A stretch of 63,647 nucleotides of DNA, the filler included, from Octopus bimaculoides (Eukaryota), in the NCBI RefSeq assembly GCF_001194135.2. It is 5 parts of 5 records of this genome, joined end to end, with 100 filler letters (N's around TTAATTAATTAA, not from the genome) between each part and the next. Parts side by side here need not be neighbours in the genome. Positions count along the whole stretch, not along the records: positions 50,493 to 58,689 come from NC_068991.1; positions 58,790 to 61,957 come from NC_069004.1; positions 62,058 to 63,647 come from NW_026400732.1; 2 more parts are not named here. The stretch is one strand, 5' to 3'. A program made the position numbers and the translations under genes. Shown one piece after another: positions 51,549-63,647 of the stretch; the first letter of the stretch is position 1, and each line of letters begins with the position of its first letter. The notes under the pieces are model-generated. The model was not told where the DNA came from. It ran no database searches and saw only the letters and a program-made list of their open reading frames with translations.

Positions 51549-53532
51549 NNNNNNNNNNNNNNNNNNNNNNNNNNNNNNNNNNNNNNNNNNNNNNNNNNNN
51601 NNNNNNNNNNNNNNNNNNNNNNNNNNNNNNNNNNNNNNNNNNNNNNNNNNNNNNNNNNNNNNNNNNNNNNNNNNNNNNNNNNNNNNNNNNNNNNNNNNNN
51701 NNNNNNNNNNNNNNNNNNNNNNNNNNNNNNNNNNNNNNNNNNNNNNNNNNNNNNNNNNNNNNNNNNNNNNNNNNNNNNNNNNNNNNNNNNNNNNNNNNNN
51801 NNNNNNNNNNNNNNNNNNNNNNNNNNNNNNNNNNNNNNNNNNNNNNNNNNNNNNNNNNNNNNNNNNNNNNNNNNNNNNNNNNNNNNNNNNNNNNNNNNNN
51901 NNNNNNNNNNNNNNNNNNNNNNNNNNNNNNNNNNNNNNNNNNNNNNNNNNNNNNNNNNNNNNNNNNNNNNNNNNNNNNNNNNNNNNNNNNNNNNNNNNNN
52001 NNNNNNNNNNNNNNNNNNNNNNNNNNNNNNNNNNNNNNNNNNNNNNNNNNNNNNNNNNNNNNNNNNNNNNNNNNNNNNNNNNNNNNNNNNNNNNNNNNNN
52101 NNNNNNNNNNNNNNNNNNNNNNNNNNNNNNNNNNNNNNNNNNNNNNNNNNNNNNNNNNNNNNNNNNNNNNNNNNNNNNNNNNNNNNNNNNNNNNNNNNNN
52201 NNNNNNNNNNNNNNNNNNNNNNNNNNNNNNNNNNNNNNNNNNNNNNNNNNNNNNNNNNNNNNNNNNNNNNNNNNNNNNNNNNNNNNNNNNNNNNNNNNNN
52301 NNNNNNNNNNNNNNNNNNNNNNNNNNNNNNNNNNNNNNNNNNNNNNNNNACACACACACACACACACACACACATCCATTGCTAAGCATTTTCAAGGAAA
52401 AAAAATCCCCGAATTTGTTATTTTTATGCTTTCCCAGCGTATCATATTACAAACGGATAAAGGTGGAGAAAGAAAAATGAAAAAAAAAAAAAAAGAAAAG
52501 AAAACCACTGAGATGCATTCTTCAGGAAATAAGAACCAAATATTTCAAATAAAATACTCATTCTCTCATTCTTAATTTAGAAGGTTATTTTGGATGAAGG
52601 AACAGTCGACTTTATTAATCCATTGCGTCATTAATTCTAATTTTATCGAAATTAAGTCAATCAGAAACATTACGCATACGTATAGTAATCATCGTCGTTG
52701 AAGTCGGCAATGTCCTTATTTAGAATTGGTCGATCACATTAAATCAAACCTCAAATATACAGAGAATACGGATGTGGCTTACAGAATATAAGGAGACCTC
52801 CGTTCCATCTAATTCTATGTATATTGTATTCTCTTATTTAAAAAAAAAAAAAACATCTTACTGCCGTTCCTATTATTAGCTTCTACGACTATTCATGTTT
52901 TCCTTTATAATTTCCAGTCCCGTCATATTATTTACTCTCATTTAATGTATTATCTCTTCTCGTTTGGCCTTTCGAGTTTTCCCGCATTTATTTTTATCCC
53001 TTACATGTACTCGTCCGTTGACTTTTTTAACTCTGTGTGTGTGTGTGTGTGTGGGGTTGTATATGTATGTGTGTGTATGTGTATGTGTATATATATATAT
53101 GTATATATATATATGTATATATATATATANNNNNNNNNNNNNNNNNNNNNNNNNNNNNNNNNNNNNNNNNNNNNNNNNNNNNNNNNNNNNNNNNNNNNNN
53201 NNNNNNNNNNNNNNNNNNNNNNNNNNNNNNNNNNNNNNNNNNNNNNNNNNNNNNNNNNNNNNNNNNNNNNNNNNNNNNNNNNNNNNNNNNNNNNNNNNNN
53301 NNNNNNNNNNNNNNNNNNNNNNNNNNNNNNNNNNNNNNNNNNNNNNNNNNNNNNNNNNNNNNNNNNNNNNNNNNNNNNNNNNNNNNNNNNNNNNNNNNNN
53401 NNNNNNNNNNNNNNNNNNNNNNNNNNNNNNNNNNNNNNNNNNNNNNNNNNNNNNNNNNNNNNNNNNNNNNNNNNNNNNNNNNNNNNNNNNNNNNNNNNNG
53501 TAACTAGCGAACTGATTCGACAACAGAAAGTC

Positions 53533-54525
53533 ATGGAACAACAGAATCGTTTCGTCATTGTTGTTTTGGTGCGGCCGGGAATACTGCGAATAAAATTGTT
53601 AAGTTGACGAGACTTTCAAAAGCAACAGTTTATCGTGTGTATAAAGAATTTAAAGAGGGAAAGATTGATAGTAAAAAACACAAGACTCAAAGCGATTCCA
53701 AGCGCAATCCAAAGTTTCTCGCTAGTCTCAAACGCTCGATTGAAGCCAACCCATCCACATCTATGACCGCAATGTGACCCTTTCCACGGTGTCCAGAGCT
53801 GTGAACAGGAACCTTGGCATGACTAGTTATGTTGTGACGACGCCGTCACCGCTCAACAGTCAAGGCCAAAGCAATCAGATCCGAGAGATGTCCGAAGCTT
53901 CAGTTATTCATCAAGCATCAAGGTGCAGTTAAAGCTCTCCTTTTTGTGGAAGAGAAAAGGTTCACTGTGGACGCTGAGGTAAATCACAGAAATTCTCGAG
54001 TGATTGCATACCACCCTTTTGACGTCCCCCACCCACAGTGTTTGAGACTAAGAATCCTGCTTCTGTGATGGTATTTGGAGCCGTGGCGAGTGATGGAAGT
54101 GTCATGGATCCTTACATCATTGAGTCTGGCTGGAAGACCGGCACAAAGGAGCATGTGGACATCCTTAAGAACTCTCTGTTACTTTTGATGGAACAGAAGT
54201 TTGGACTTGACAATGTGGTGTTTATCCAGGATTCTGCACCTTGCTATGGGTGAAAAGCAGCACAGGTCTTCCTTGGTGAGAAGGTGCCATTTTTTGTGAG
54301 GGCCACCAACTGGCCCAGATCTCAATATTCTCGTTTTTTTTTTTTATGGGGCGTACTTCAAGCAACAACCAATGCTTCACCACACTCGAGTCTCAACAGT
54401 TTGAAAACCTGCATCGTGTGTATGACACGCAAAATCAAAAAAAGGTGGAAGTTGCGTCAGCTGCAAAAGCATTTCGTTCTCGTGTGGAGGCAGTAATTGT
54501 CCAAAAGGGTGGCCATATTGAGTGA
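53533..54525 (+). pseudogene. Near full-length maT/DD37D-like transposase pseudogene
   Basis: ATG at 53533. HTH region LSKATVYRV. Then FVEEKRFTVD, TKNPASVMVFGAVASDG, FIQDSAP, WP..PDLN...FFLWG, and VEAVIVQKGGHIE* (TGA 54523-25). Contains stops and frameshifts. Confidence 0.88.
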
Positions 54526-54611
54526 TAAAGGTTTTTGTTGTAATAAATGTTACATTAAAATTATATCTGTCTGCTACCATTATTTTAGTATCTATCTATC
54601 TGTCTGTCTGC

Positions 54612-54688
<77 letters not shown>

Positions 54689-54706
54689 GGTCTGTCTTTC
54701 TGTATG

Positions 54707-54738
<32 letters not shown>

Positions 54739-55339
54739 CAATACTGCCCTCGTTTTGATGGAATGTCGGCGACTATATTGTAACAAAACCACAAAGTATG
54801 TAAACATATAAGCTGGCAGTTACATAATAAACATTGAAAATATTGTTTTTCTGCAATCCTCTTCTTTTTATGCTTGACATATTTCAAGGAATGATAAGGT
54901 GGTCATATAATATTTAGTTGTCTGAGTTTTGTATTCCCAATCTTGTGAATCCTTTACTAAACATATTTCCTCTATGTGTCTGTCTGTTTGTCTATCTGTC
55001 GTCTATCTCTGTCTCTCTCTCTGTCTCCCTTTCACTCTCTCTCCCTAGTTTTCTTTTTGTAATTGGTGAAAAGGTGTTGAGTTCATAACCACTTTAGGTC
55101 CGCCCCAGACTGGTTAGACTGAGGCTGTTAATAAAATACACGAGGAGGAGAATCCCCCAAAAAATCGATATTAAGGGGAAAGGAGGGTTAGGTATATTGC
55201 TTATAGTAGGGCTGTACACACCAAGGCGTTGACAAGTGGAGAGACAGGTGGGTCGGGGGTACATGAGGGTGGGAGACATGAGAGCAGCCAGCTGTGAGGA
55301 CAAGAGTCAGTATAGACGCCATAGAAAGAAATAAAAACT

Positions 55340-55399
<60 letters not shown>

Positions 55400-56702
55400 N
55401 NNNNNNNNNNNNNNNNNNNNNNNNNNNNNNNNNNNNNNNNNNNNNNNNNNNNNNNNNNNNNNNNNNNNNNNNNNNNNNNNNNNNNNNNNNNNNNNNNNNN
55501 NNNNNNNNNNNNNNNNNNNNNNNNNNNNNNNNNNNNNNNNNNNNNNNNNNNNNNNNNNNNNNNNNNNNNNNNNNNNNNNNNNNNNNNNNNNNNNNNNNNN
55601 NNNNNNNNNNNNNNNNNNNNNNNNNNNNNNNNNNNNNNNNNNNNNNNNNNNNNNNNNNNNNNNNNNNNNNNNNNNNNNNNNNNNNNNNNNNNNNNNNNNN
55701 NNNNNNNNNNNNNNNNNNNNNNNNNNNNNNNNNNNNNNNNNNNNNNNNNNNNNNNNNNNNNNNNNNNNNNNNNNNNNNNNNNNNNNNNNNNNNNNNNNNN
55801 NNNNNNNNNNNNNNNNNNNNNNNNNNNNNNNNNNNNNNNNNNNNNNNNNNNNNNNNNNNNNNNNNNNNNNNNNNNNNNNNNNNNNNNNNNNNNNNNNNNN
55901 NNNNNNNNNNNNNNNNNNNNNNNNNNNNNNNNNNNNNNNNNNNNNNNNNNNNNNNNNNNNNNNNNNNNNNNNNNNNNNNNNNNNNNNNNNNNNNNNNNNN
56001 NNNNNNNNNNNNNNNNNNNNNNNNNNNNNNNNNNNNNNNNNNNNNNNNNNNNNNNNNNNNNNNNNNNNNNNNNNAATACAGAGATTATGATTGATTCGAT
56101 AGAATAACTCCCCAGACTTAAAAAGTAAGTACTGGTGTCGATTCCATCGACTAAAATTCCTCAAGGCAATACCCCAGCGTGGCCGTAGTCTAATGACTAA
56201 TCTCGCCGAGGTCAACTTTGCCTTACAGAATCGTTAAAATAAAGTATCCGCAAATACTGAGATCGATTTTCATTGAACCCCATCCATCTCGACAATTTCC
56301 TTGCTTTGTGCCTAAGTAAAAAAAAAAAGATAAAAAAAACAAAACATTCGTCTCTTTTCATATTCTGAGTTCGAATCTCGCCAAGATTTACTTTTCCTTC
56401 CATTTTACAATAACAATGTCGATAAGATCGCCTGTGTCTACTCTTGATCATATTATCTCCGGTTAAGCATATACCAATGGAATTTGAATTTTTGGCACGT
56501 GTCACCAAATATTTCTAATTTTAACACTTTAAAATAAATCACTTTTCATGAATCATACACTTTTATTTAAACAGCGTCAATGGGTGCAGGTTTCTAGGAG
56601 GGCCAGTCATTGGTGGCACGTTTCTAAGAAGACCAGCGAAACAATAATTGATTCCCTGTTTTTGCCAAGACGAGAGTGACAAAAGGAATGTCAGTGCAAC
56701 TC

Positions 56703-56888
56703 GAATGCTAAAAGGTTTTGTATATCACTGAAAAGTAAACAGTAAATGTAAATTTGAGAAGACCCATAAACCTGTCTTTGTAAAATGTTACCTTCTGATA
56801 ACATTTTACAAAGGCAGGTTTATGGATTTTCTCACAGATTTACATCTACTATTTATATTTCAGTAATATACAAAACCTTTTAGCACTC
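56703..56888. mobile_element. Palindromic (fold-back) MITE-like element, ~88-bp arms, 8-nt loop
   Basis: TGCTAAAAGGTTTTGTATATCACTGAAAA...CTTTGTAAAATGTTA-CCTTCTGA-TAACATTTTACAAAG...TTTCAGTAATATACAAAACCTTTTAGCA. Confidence 0.85.
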
Positions 56889-57317
56889 TGTGGGTTTTTC
56901 CCCTGTCTTTTCCTAACATCCTTATTTCTTTATTTTAAAGAACCCCAGCTAATCATAGCCGAAGTAGTGATAAAAGGGTCATTATACGGGTATACAATAA
57001 CGTAAAGAGTTAACAGTTCAAAGTTAACACATTTAATAAGAATCAAGGATGATGAGTTATCTATTAAACATGCTAAATTTTTTCGTACTTATTCGATTAC
57101 GTTACTGTACACCATATAAGTGATGCTCTCATCACCACTTCAGATGAAGTCTGTTTCGCTGAGGAGGTCTAATAAAGGCGTAACATGTCCGGTGTTGTCT
57201 CCTGTGTTTGTCGTGAGGAATAGAATAAAATATTAGTCATTGAGCTAATGTTGTCGTTTCGTCACCGTTTAAAATATTTCTGATTAGGTATTTAATAATT
57301 GCAATATTAAATAATGA

Positions 57318-57495
57318 AGGTGGCGTGCTGGCAGAAACGTTAGCACGCCGGGGTAATTGTTTAACTGTATTTCGTTTGCCGTTACGTTCTGAGTTCAAAT
57401 TCCGCCGAGGCCGACTTTACCTTTCATCCTTTCGGGGTCGATAAATTAATATATGTAGCTCCCTACCCAAAAGTTTTGTGCCTAGAGTAGAAAAG
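57318..57495 (+). mobile_element. SINE family B (another partial copy at 58064-58195)
   Basis: AAGGTGGCGTGCTGGCAGAAACGTTAGCACGCCGGG...CTGAGTTCAAATTCCGCCGAGG...TGTGCCTAGAGTAGAAAAG. Confidence 0.85.
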
Positions 57496-57531
57496 AATAT
57501 AAAGGCGGCGATTTGGTTGAATCTTCAGCAT

Positions 57532-57569
<38 letters not shown>

Positions 57570-57985
57570 GTGTGTCGCTGAATGACTGAAACCAGTAAAA
57601 AGCGAAAGAAAAGCGATAACANNNNNNNNNNNNNNNNNNNNNNNNNNNNNNNNNNNNNNNNNNNNNNNNNNNNNNNNNNNNNNNNNNNNNNNNNNNNNNN
57701 NNNNNNNNNNNNNNNNNNNNNNNNNNNNNNNNNNNNNNNNNNNNNNNNNNNNNNNNNNNNNNNNNNNNNNNNNNNNNNNNNNNNNNNNNNNNNNNNNNNN
57801 NNNNNNNNNNNNNNNNNNNNNNNNNNNNNNNNNNNNNNNNNNNNNNNNNNNNNNNNNNNNNNNNNNNNNNNNNNNNNNNNNNNNNNNNNNNNNNNNNNNN
57901 NNNNNNNNNNNNNNNNNNNNNNNNNNNNNNNNNNNNNNNNNNNNNNNNNNNNNNNNNNNNNNNNNNNNNNNNNNNNNNNNNNNNN

Positions 57986-58034
<49 letters not shown>

Positions 58035-58244
58035 CACACACAGTTACAAAACACAAACGGTGTTTAACGCCGGGAGAAATGCTTAGCGGCATTTCGTTTG
58101 TCATTACATTCTGAGTTCAAATTACACCGAGGTCGATTTTGTCTTTCATCCTTTTTGTGTCGGTCTAATCGACTGGCTCCTCCCCCAAATTTGTTACCGT
58201 TCCCGACAGGCGAGAATTCAGCTTCACCACGAGAAATGATGTGA

Positions 58245-58297
58245 GTATTACTGATGAGTATTAATTTCTCTCCGAAACTAGCATGCTAATCTAATGC
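58245..58297 (+). ncRNA. Decayed hammerhead-like fold with palindromic stem III
   Basis: GTATTA-CTGATGA-(16 nt, poor stem II)-GAAAC-TAGCATGCTA-ATC-TAATGC. Stem I is 6 bp and stem III is a perfect 10-bp palindrome. Confidence 0.55.
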
Positions 58298-58513
58298 AAC
58301 TCGCTTGCGGTGGGGAGGTACATATATGTATATATGTAATATATGTACACACACACACGCACACACATATGTATGTAGGTATATATGTATTATATATGTA
58401 TTTATGTACATGTGTGTGTGTGACAGAAAGTGCAAAATACTGAGATTAGGAAATGTTGATGTAAGACAAACACATGAAACACACCCACAATCGTTTCGAC
58501 AAGCAGCGAACCA

Positions 58514-58689
58514 CTCGCGTACCCCTCACGTACCCCTCGCGTACCCCTCGCGTACCCTTCGCGTACCCCTCGCGTACGCCTAGCGTACCCCTCGCGTACC
58601 CCTCGCGTACCCCTCACGTACCCCTCGCGTACCCCTCGCGTACCCTTCGCGTACCCCTCGCGTACGCCTAGCGTACCCCTCGCGTACCC
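58514..58689. repeat. CpG-rich 11-bp minisatellite (CTCGCGTACCC)16 with an 88-bp higher-order repeat, running into a gap
   Basis: Sixteen units. The variant order (units 2 CTCAC, 5 TTCGC, 6 ..ACGC, 7 CTAGC) repeats exactly in units 9-16. Confidence 0.95.
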
Positions 58690-58789
58690 NNNNNNNNNNN
58701 NNNNNNNNNNNNNNNNNNNNNNNNNNNNNNNNNTTAATTAATTAANNNNNNNNNNNNNNNNNNNNNNNNNNNNNNNNNNNNNNNNNNNN

Positions 58790-58828
<39 letters not shown>

Positions 58829-59713
58829 CTTCGACTTTTGAAATTCAATCAAAATGTTTCAATTAAACTTTTTTTTCATTAATTCATTATTCTTCTTTCT
58901 TTTTTTAACAATTCTAGTTTTTCTTTTCACCGGCAACAAATGTACATTTATTTGGTGATTCTTTCGTGATCACTGCAGTAAGTGTAGTGGACTTTATACT
59001 TCTACTGAGCAAAAAATAAAACTGAAACCATAACATCTTCAGTTTTCCGACTGAACTTGCTGAAATAAATGAAATAATAGCAACTCTTCTTCGATTATTG
59101 TTTTCAATCCATTGACTGCATTAAATATTTTCTGTTTTCTGCTCAATGATCCCTACGTTAAATAGCTTTACATCAACTTAACTATAGTTATTATTTTCTT
59201 TTTATAGGGGTAGAGTTTACAGGGAGAACTATTTAATCTCGCCACAGATATTAATTTGATGTCTTGAAATAAAAGCTGTAAAAGGTTGTCTCACTAAGCG
59301 GTTACTGATAGAAGCTTTTTCTCCTTTCTTGGTGTTTCTATTCCCTAGCAGTCGGTCTCCATTATCTTGAAAGAATTCTTATTTGTCTTCAAGCAATGTC
59401 AGCCGAAGAGTTTGTAGTTTGATGTTTGCCTTGTTTGAAGACACAGCTAGAATATGGCATGGATATGGCGTCGGTTTGATGAGAGAATATATTGCTACCC
59501 ACTTACATCCGCCCATAAACACACACACAGAGGCGCGCATGTACACACTTACAAACAACAACAACAACAATGATAATGATGATGACGATCGTTCCCGTTG
59601 TTTTCGACCTATGAGTGTTTGAAGGGAAAGATTTAAAGTTAGAGAGTCATAGAAAAAAAAACGAAGACGCTGCATCTATCTGCGATGGATGCGTGAATGT
59701 AATAATAATAATA

Positions 59714-59946
59714 ATCCTTTCTACTAAATGCACAAAGCCTGGAATTTTGAGGGAGGGGACCAATCGATTACATTGACCCCAGTGTTCAACTGGTACTTAT
59801 TTTACAGACCTCGAAAGAATGACAGGTAAAGCTGACCTCGGCGGAATTTGAACTCAGGACATAGCGACGGACAAAATACCACTAAGCACTTCGCCCGGCG
59901 TGCTAACGGTTCTGCCAGCTCGCCACCTTAAATAATAATAATAATC

Positions 59947-59979
<33 letters not shown>

Positions 59980-60378
59980 GTTTCAAATTCTGTCACAAGG
60001 CAGCCACTTTGGGGGAGGGGGTGAATCGATTACATCGACCCCAGTGTTCAACTGGTACTTATTTTACAGACCTCGAAAGAATGACAGGTAAAGTCGACCT
60101 CGGCGGAATTTGAACACAGAACGTAGTGACGAGCGAAATGCCGCTAAGCATTTCGTCCAGCGCGCTAACGGTTCTGTCAGCTGGTCGCTTTAACAACAAC
60201 AACAATAATGGTTTCAAATTTTGGCACAACGCCAGCGATTTTAGGAGAAAAGGCGTTTCCCCCAGGGAAATGAAAAGCAAAGTTGACCTCAGCAGGATTT
60301 GAACTCAGAACGAGAAAACCAGGAATAACTATAGCAATGTATTTTGTCTGATGCTCTAACGACTCTGCTAATCCCCCG
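59714..60378 (-). mobile_element. Three head-to-tail SINE family B-related copies separated by (TAA)n/(CAA)n
   Basis: Copies at about 59714-59928, 59977-60190 and 60207-60378, each with GACCTC.GC.GAATTTGAAC.CAG.A. Confidence 0.85.
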
Positions 60379-62074
60379 GCCCCGATTTTGGTTGTTATTG
60401 ATTGTCTTTTTCTTNNNNNNNNNNNNNNNNNNNNNNNNNNNNNNNNNNNNNNNNNNNNNNNNNNNNNNNNNNNNNNNNNNNNNNNNNNNNNNNNNNNNNN
60501 NNNNNNNNNNNNNNNNNNNNNNNNNNNNNNNNNNNNNNNNNNNNNNNNNNNNNNNNNNNNNNNNNNNNNNNNNNNNNNNNNNNNNNNNNNNNNNNNNNNN
60601 NNNNNNNNNNNNNNNNNNNNNNNNNNNNNNNNNNNNNNNNNNNNNNNNNNNNNNNNNNNNNNNNNNNNNNNNNNNNNNNNNNNNNNNNNNNNNNNNNNNN
60701 NNNNNNNNNNNNNNNTATATATATATATATATATATATATATGGTGAAGGAAAGGACGACATATGGTGTCGATATAATGAGTTTGGTTATCTTGTGAAAT
60801 TCGATTTCGGATAAAGTTACTCGTCTGGACGTTTTTTGTCTCGTTTGTGTTTTGTGGCTTTCCAGCCTACCCTCCTCCTTATTATGCATTTTAACAAAGC
60901 TCGACATTTGGTTAAATATGTCGTCTGCTTTCAATGAATTTCCCTCCCTACTTAATGAATACATACATAGAAAACTTATTTTCGACGAAGGAAGTGACAG
61001 GTAATGGAACTATCGTTTACCCCATTCAACAATAGAATAGAATAGAAAAGAGGATGTTTATTTATATATTTTACTTATTAATTTCTATTGCGTTTGCTTT
61101 AATTTCGTTTGCTTGAGTTCTTCCCTTACTTAAATAACGATTTCTTTTCTTTTCATCCTCTAACAACAAAACTTCATTCTATTTTCCTTTCTATTTTACC
61201 GTCCTTGATAGAGATAGAGAAAAAGTTTAGTGAAACCAAGTCAAAGTTGGTAGTATATTTGAATTGAGATAATTGTATAGCAGGGAAGTAGGTAGATATT
61301 AGATACCTAGTGAGAAAAATTTGACCCCACCCCCTCAAAATCAGTCCGATAGCGTTATCTCGTTTATTCAAATACGCACAGGACAAAGTGGCAGACTGGA
61401 TTAAATACTGCCTACGACTTCCAGATCAGAGACGGGTGACAAGTATTTACTTGTGGCTCTGAGAAGGAGGCTTAACTCAACACTGGGTTTATTCACAATA
61501 GACGTTAGCGAGGGACTACCGACCAGTGGGGCGATTGAGGATTTGTTTTATATCTTTCCTTCCAGATGGAAGTGTGTACGAACCTGGGGAATCCTTGCGA
61601 TTCATGAAACTAGGAGTTGGTTCCAAAACACATAGTCCTGGGTTCAGTCCTACTGTGTGCTAACTTGGCATGTGTCTTCTGTTATAGCCTCCGACCAATC
61701 AAAGCCTAGTGATTGGATTTCGTAGACAGAAACTGAAAGAAATCAATCGTATATATATGTATATATGTAAGTGTATGTGTGTGTCTTTGTGTCTATGAGA
61801 TTGATAGAATAAGTACCAGGCTTATCAAAATATTAAAAAAAAAAAAGCACTTGGTTCGATTCATTCGACAAAAAATTCTTCAAGGCAGTGTCTCATATTT
61901 TTGTTTGCCCTCTCAGTTGTATTTATCAATCTATCTTTCTATGTGTGTATGTATATANNNNNNNNNNNNNNNNNNNNNNNNNNNNNNNNNNNNNNNNNNN
62001 NTTAATTAATTAANNNNNNNNNNNNNNNNNNNNNNNNNNNNNNNNNNNNNNNNNNNNCAGAGATTTATTATTGC

Positions 62075-62114
<40 letters not shown>

Positions 62115-62749
62115 TGGTTTACTACTCGGTCGCCATCTTGAACGACAGCTGAAAAATGTTGTGCTGAAATTGCTTATCAAAGGTGACTAGAATTAGTTCA
62201 TCGTTGAACAAGTAGATATATATATTGAAATAGATAATGACCAAACAAAGCAATTAGCATCTAGAAAGAACATTTAATTTATAATATAAACATAGTCCAG
62301 AGTAGTTGTAATAAATGAAGTCGCTTACAGCTGTTTCTAGGATAGATAATTAAGCATGTGGGTCATAAGTTAACGAGATATGTATTCTGTTATTGGAAAG
62401 AGAGAAACAAGGAAATATAATGCCTGTGCAATATTTATTTTAACGTGTATTATGTGTGTGTATGTGTGTATATATAATATATATATCAACAATATTTTGA
62501 GTGTGGCCTTTGCCAGTACCTCCTGACTGGACCTCGTGCCGGTGGCATGTAAAAAGCACCCACTACACTTTTGGAGTGGTTGGCGTTACATATTGCTATA
62601 TATGTGTATTTGTGTACATACATATGTATATATGTATATATAAATGTATATACATATTCGTGTCTATAGAAATGTATATACAAAAGACGAAGACGGGTGT
62701 GTAAACAACAAACAGATGTATTAGTTTAATGCTTGGGAAGTGAGAAAGT

Positions 62750-62785
62750 CTTTTACATTTCGAGCCTACGCTCTTCGACAGAAAG
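62750..62785 (-). ncRNA. Minimal hammerhead-like fold (CUGUCGA core), same family as 45641
   Basis: Minus strand: CTTT-CTGTCGA-A-GAGC-GTAG-GCTC-GAAAT-GTA-AAAG. Confidence 0.65.
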
Positions 62786-62856
62786 GAACACAGAAAGAAA
62801 CAGGGAGAGAAAATAAAAAAGGTTTAGTAGCTAGCGATTTATCATGTATATATATA

Positions 62857-63021
62857 GGCGTGGGAGTGGCCGTGTGGTAAGTAGCTTGCTTACCAACCAC
62901 ATGGTTCTGGGTTCAGTCCCACTGCATGGCACCTTGGGCAAGTGTCTTCTACTATAGCCTCGGGCCGACCAAAGCCTTGTGAGTGGATTTGGTAGATGGA
63001 AACTGAAAGAAGCCTGTCGTA

Positions 63022-63060
<39 letters not shown>

Positions 63061-63203
63061 TTGTGTGTCTGTGTTTCTCCCCCCCCCCCCAACTTCGCTT
63101 GACAACCAAGGCTGGTGTGTTTATGTCCCTGTAACTTAGCGGTTCGGCAAAAAGAGACCGATAGAATATGTACAAGGCTTACAAAGAATAAGTCCTGGGG
63201 TCT
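62857..63203 (+). mobile_element. SINE family A, intact tRNA-derived head, 3' end cut by a mariner fragment
   Basis: GGCGTGGGAGTGGCCGTGTGGTAAG (A-box), GGGTTCAGTCCC (B-box), CORE-like TTGGGCAAGTGTCTTC, internal (TA)/(TG) tract. A degenerate copy lies at 61620-61885. Confidence 0.88.
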
Positions 63204-63204
63204 A

Positions 63205-63440
63205 CAGAATTCATATATTTTCTGTCCGAATGATTTTGAAGACTGCGGAATAAATAATAATCAGATGGGGGCAATGTCTGGTGAGTCTGGTGGGTGGGGC
63301 ATCGTTTCCCATTCAAATTGCTCCAGCCTTTGGAATGTCATCCTTCTTGTGTGTGTCCGAACATTATCCTGATGGAAGAACACCTTTCATCTTGAAACGA
63401 AAGATGGTTGCTTTTCTTCTAGTGCATGTTTCGATGAATG
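63205..63440 (-). pseudogene. mariner (DD34D) transposase fragment
   Basis: Minus strand: KVFFHQDNVRTHTRRMTFQRLEQFEWETMPHPPDSPDIAPSDYYLFRSLQNH, with 34 residues between the second and third D. Confidence 0.92.
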
Positions 63441-63647
63441 GTTGAATGACCAAATCCAAGAAATGTCTTAAGAATGATGAGAGGATGGAAAGAAAATCAT
63501 TCAAGCCATTTTTCAATGAATTCAGGGAGAATTTTCCTAATCAAAATTTAGAATATTAAAAAAAAAAATGGGAAGTTTTAAAAAAATGTGAAGAGAAAAT
63601 CCAAGAACTTACTTTTGGCATGATCAGCAACAGAAACTGGAAAAGAC

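Noticed and set aside
58514-58689. CRISPR array or telomere
   Set aside because: No spacers, eukaryotic context, and the unit is not TTAGGG; treated as a minisatellite.
61565-61620. Exon after the TTTCCTTCCAG acceptor (DGSVYEPGESLRFMK)
   Set aside because: Runs straight into a degenerate SINE head, has no good donor and no recognisable protein.

Overview
AT-rich eukaryotic (metazoan) intergenic or intronic DNA. Its SINE families, microsatellite load and transposon set look like Octopus; this is inference from recalled repeat sequences, not a database search. About 9 kb (about 15%, 28 gaps by manual count) is N. I found no supportable host protein-coding exon: nearly all long ORFs in the track are microsatellite or N read-through. 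What is recognisable is a nested pile of decayed mobile elements. Retroelements: an R4/Dong-like LINE 3' end, an RTE 3' end, three Penelope-like (PLE, GIY-YIG) remnants and three tRNA-derived SINE families. DNA transposons: a Chapaev3-like transposase split by a PLE, two maT/DD37D-like relics, a fold-back Tc1 (DD34E), a mariner (DD34D) fragment, a Helitron Rep start and several MITEs. The most notable signal is about 10 hammerhead-ribozyme (HHR)-like folds. One is essentially canonical (47348-47421). Another pair lies in PLE terminal repeats that also carry a tRNA-Ile-like Pol III head. All alignments, translations and folds were done by eye, and coordinates are approximate to a few bases.
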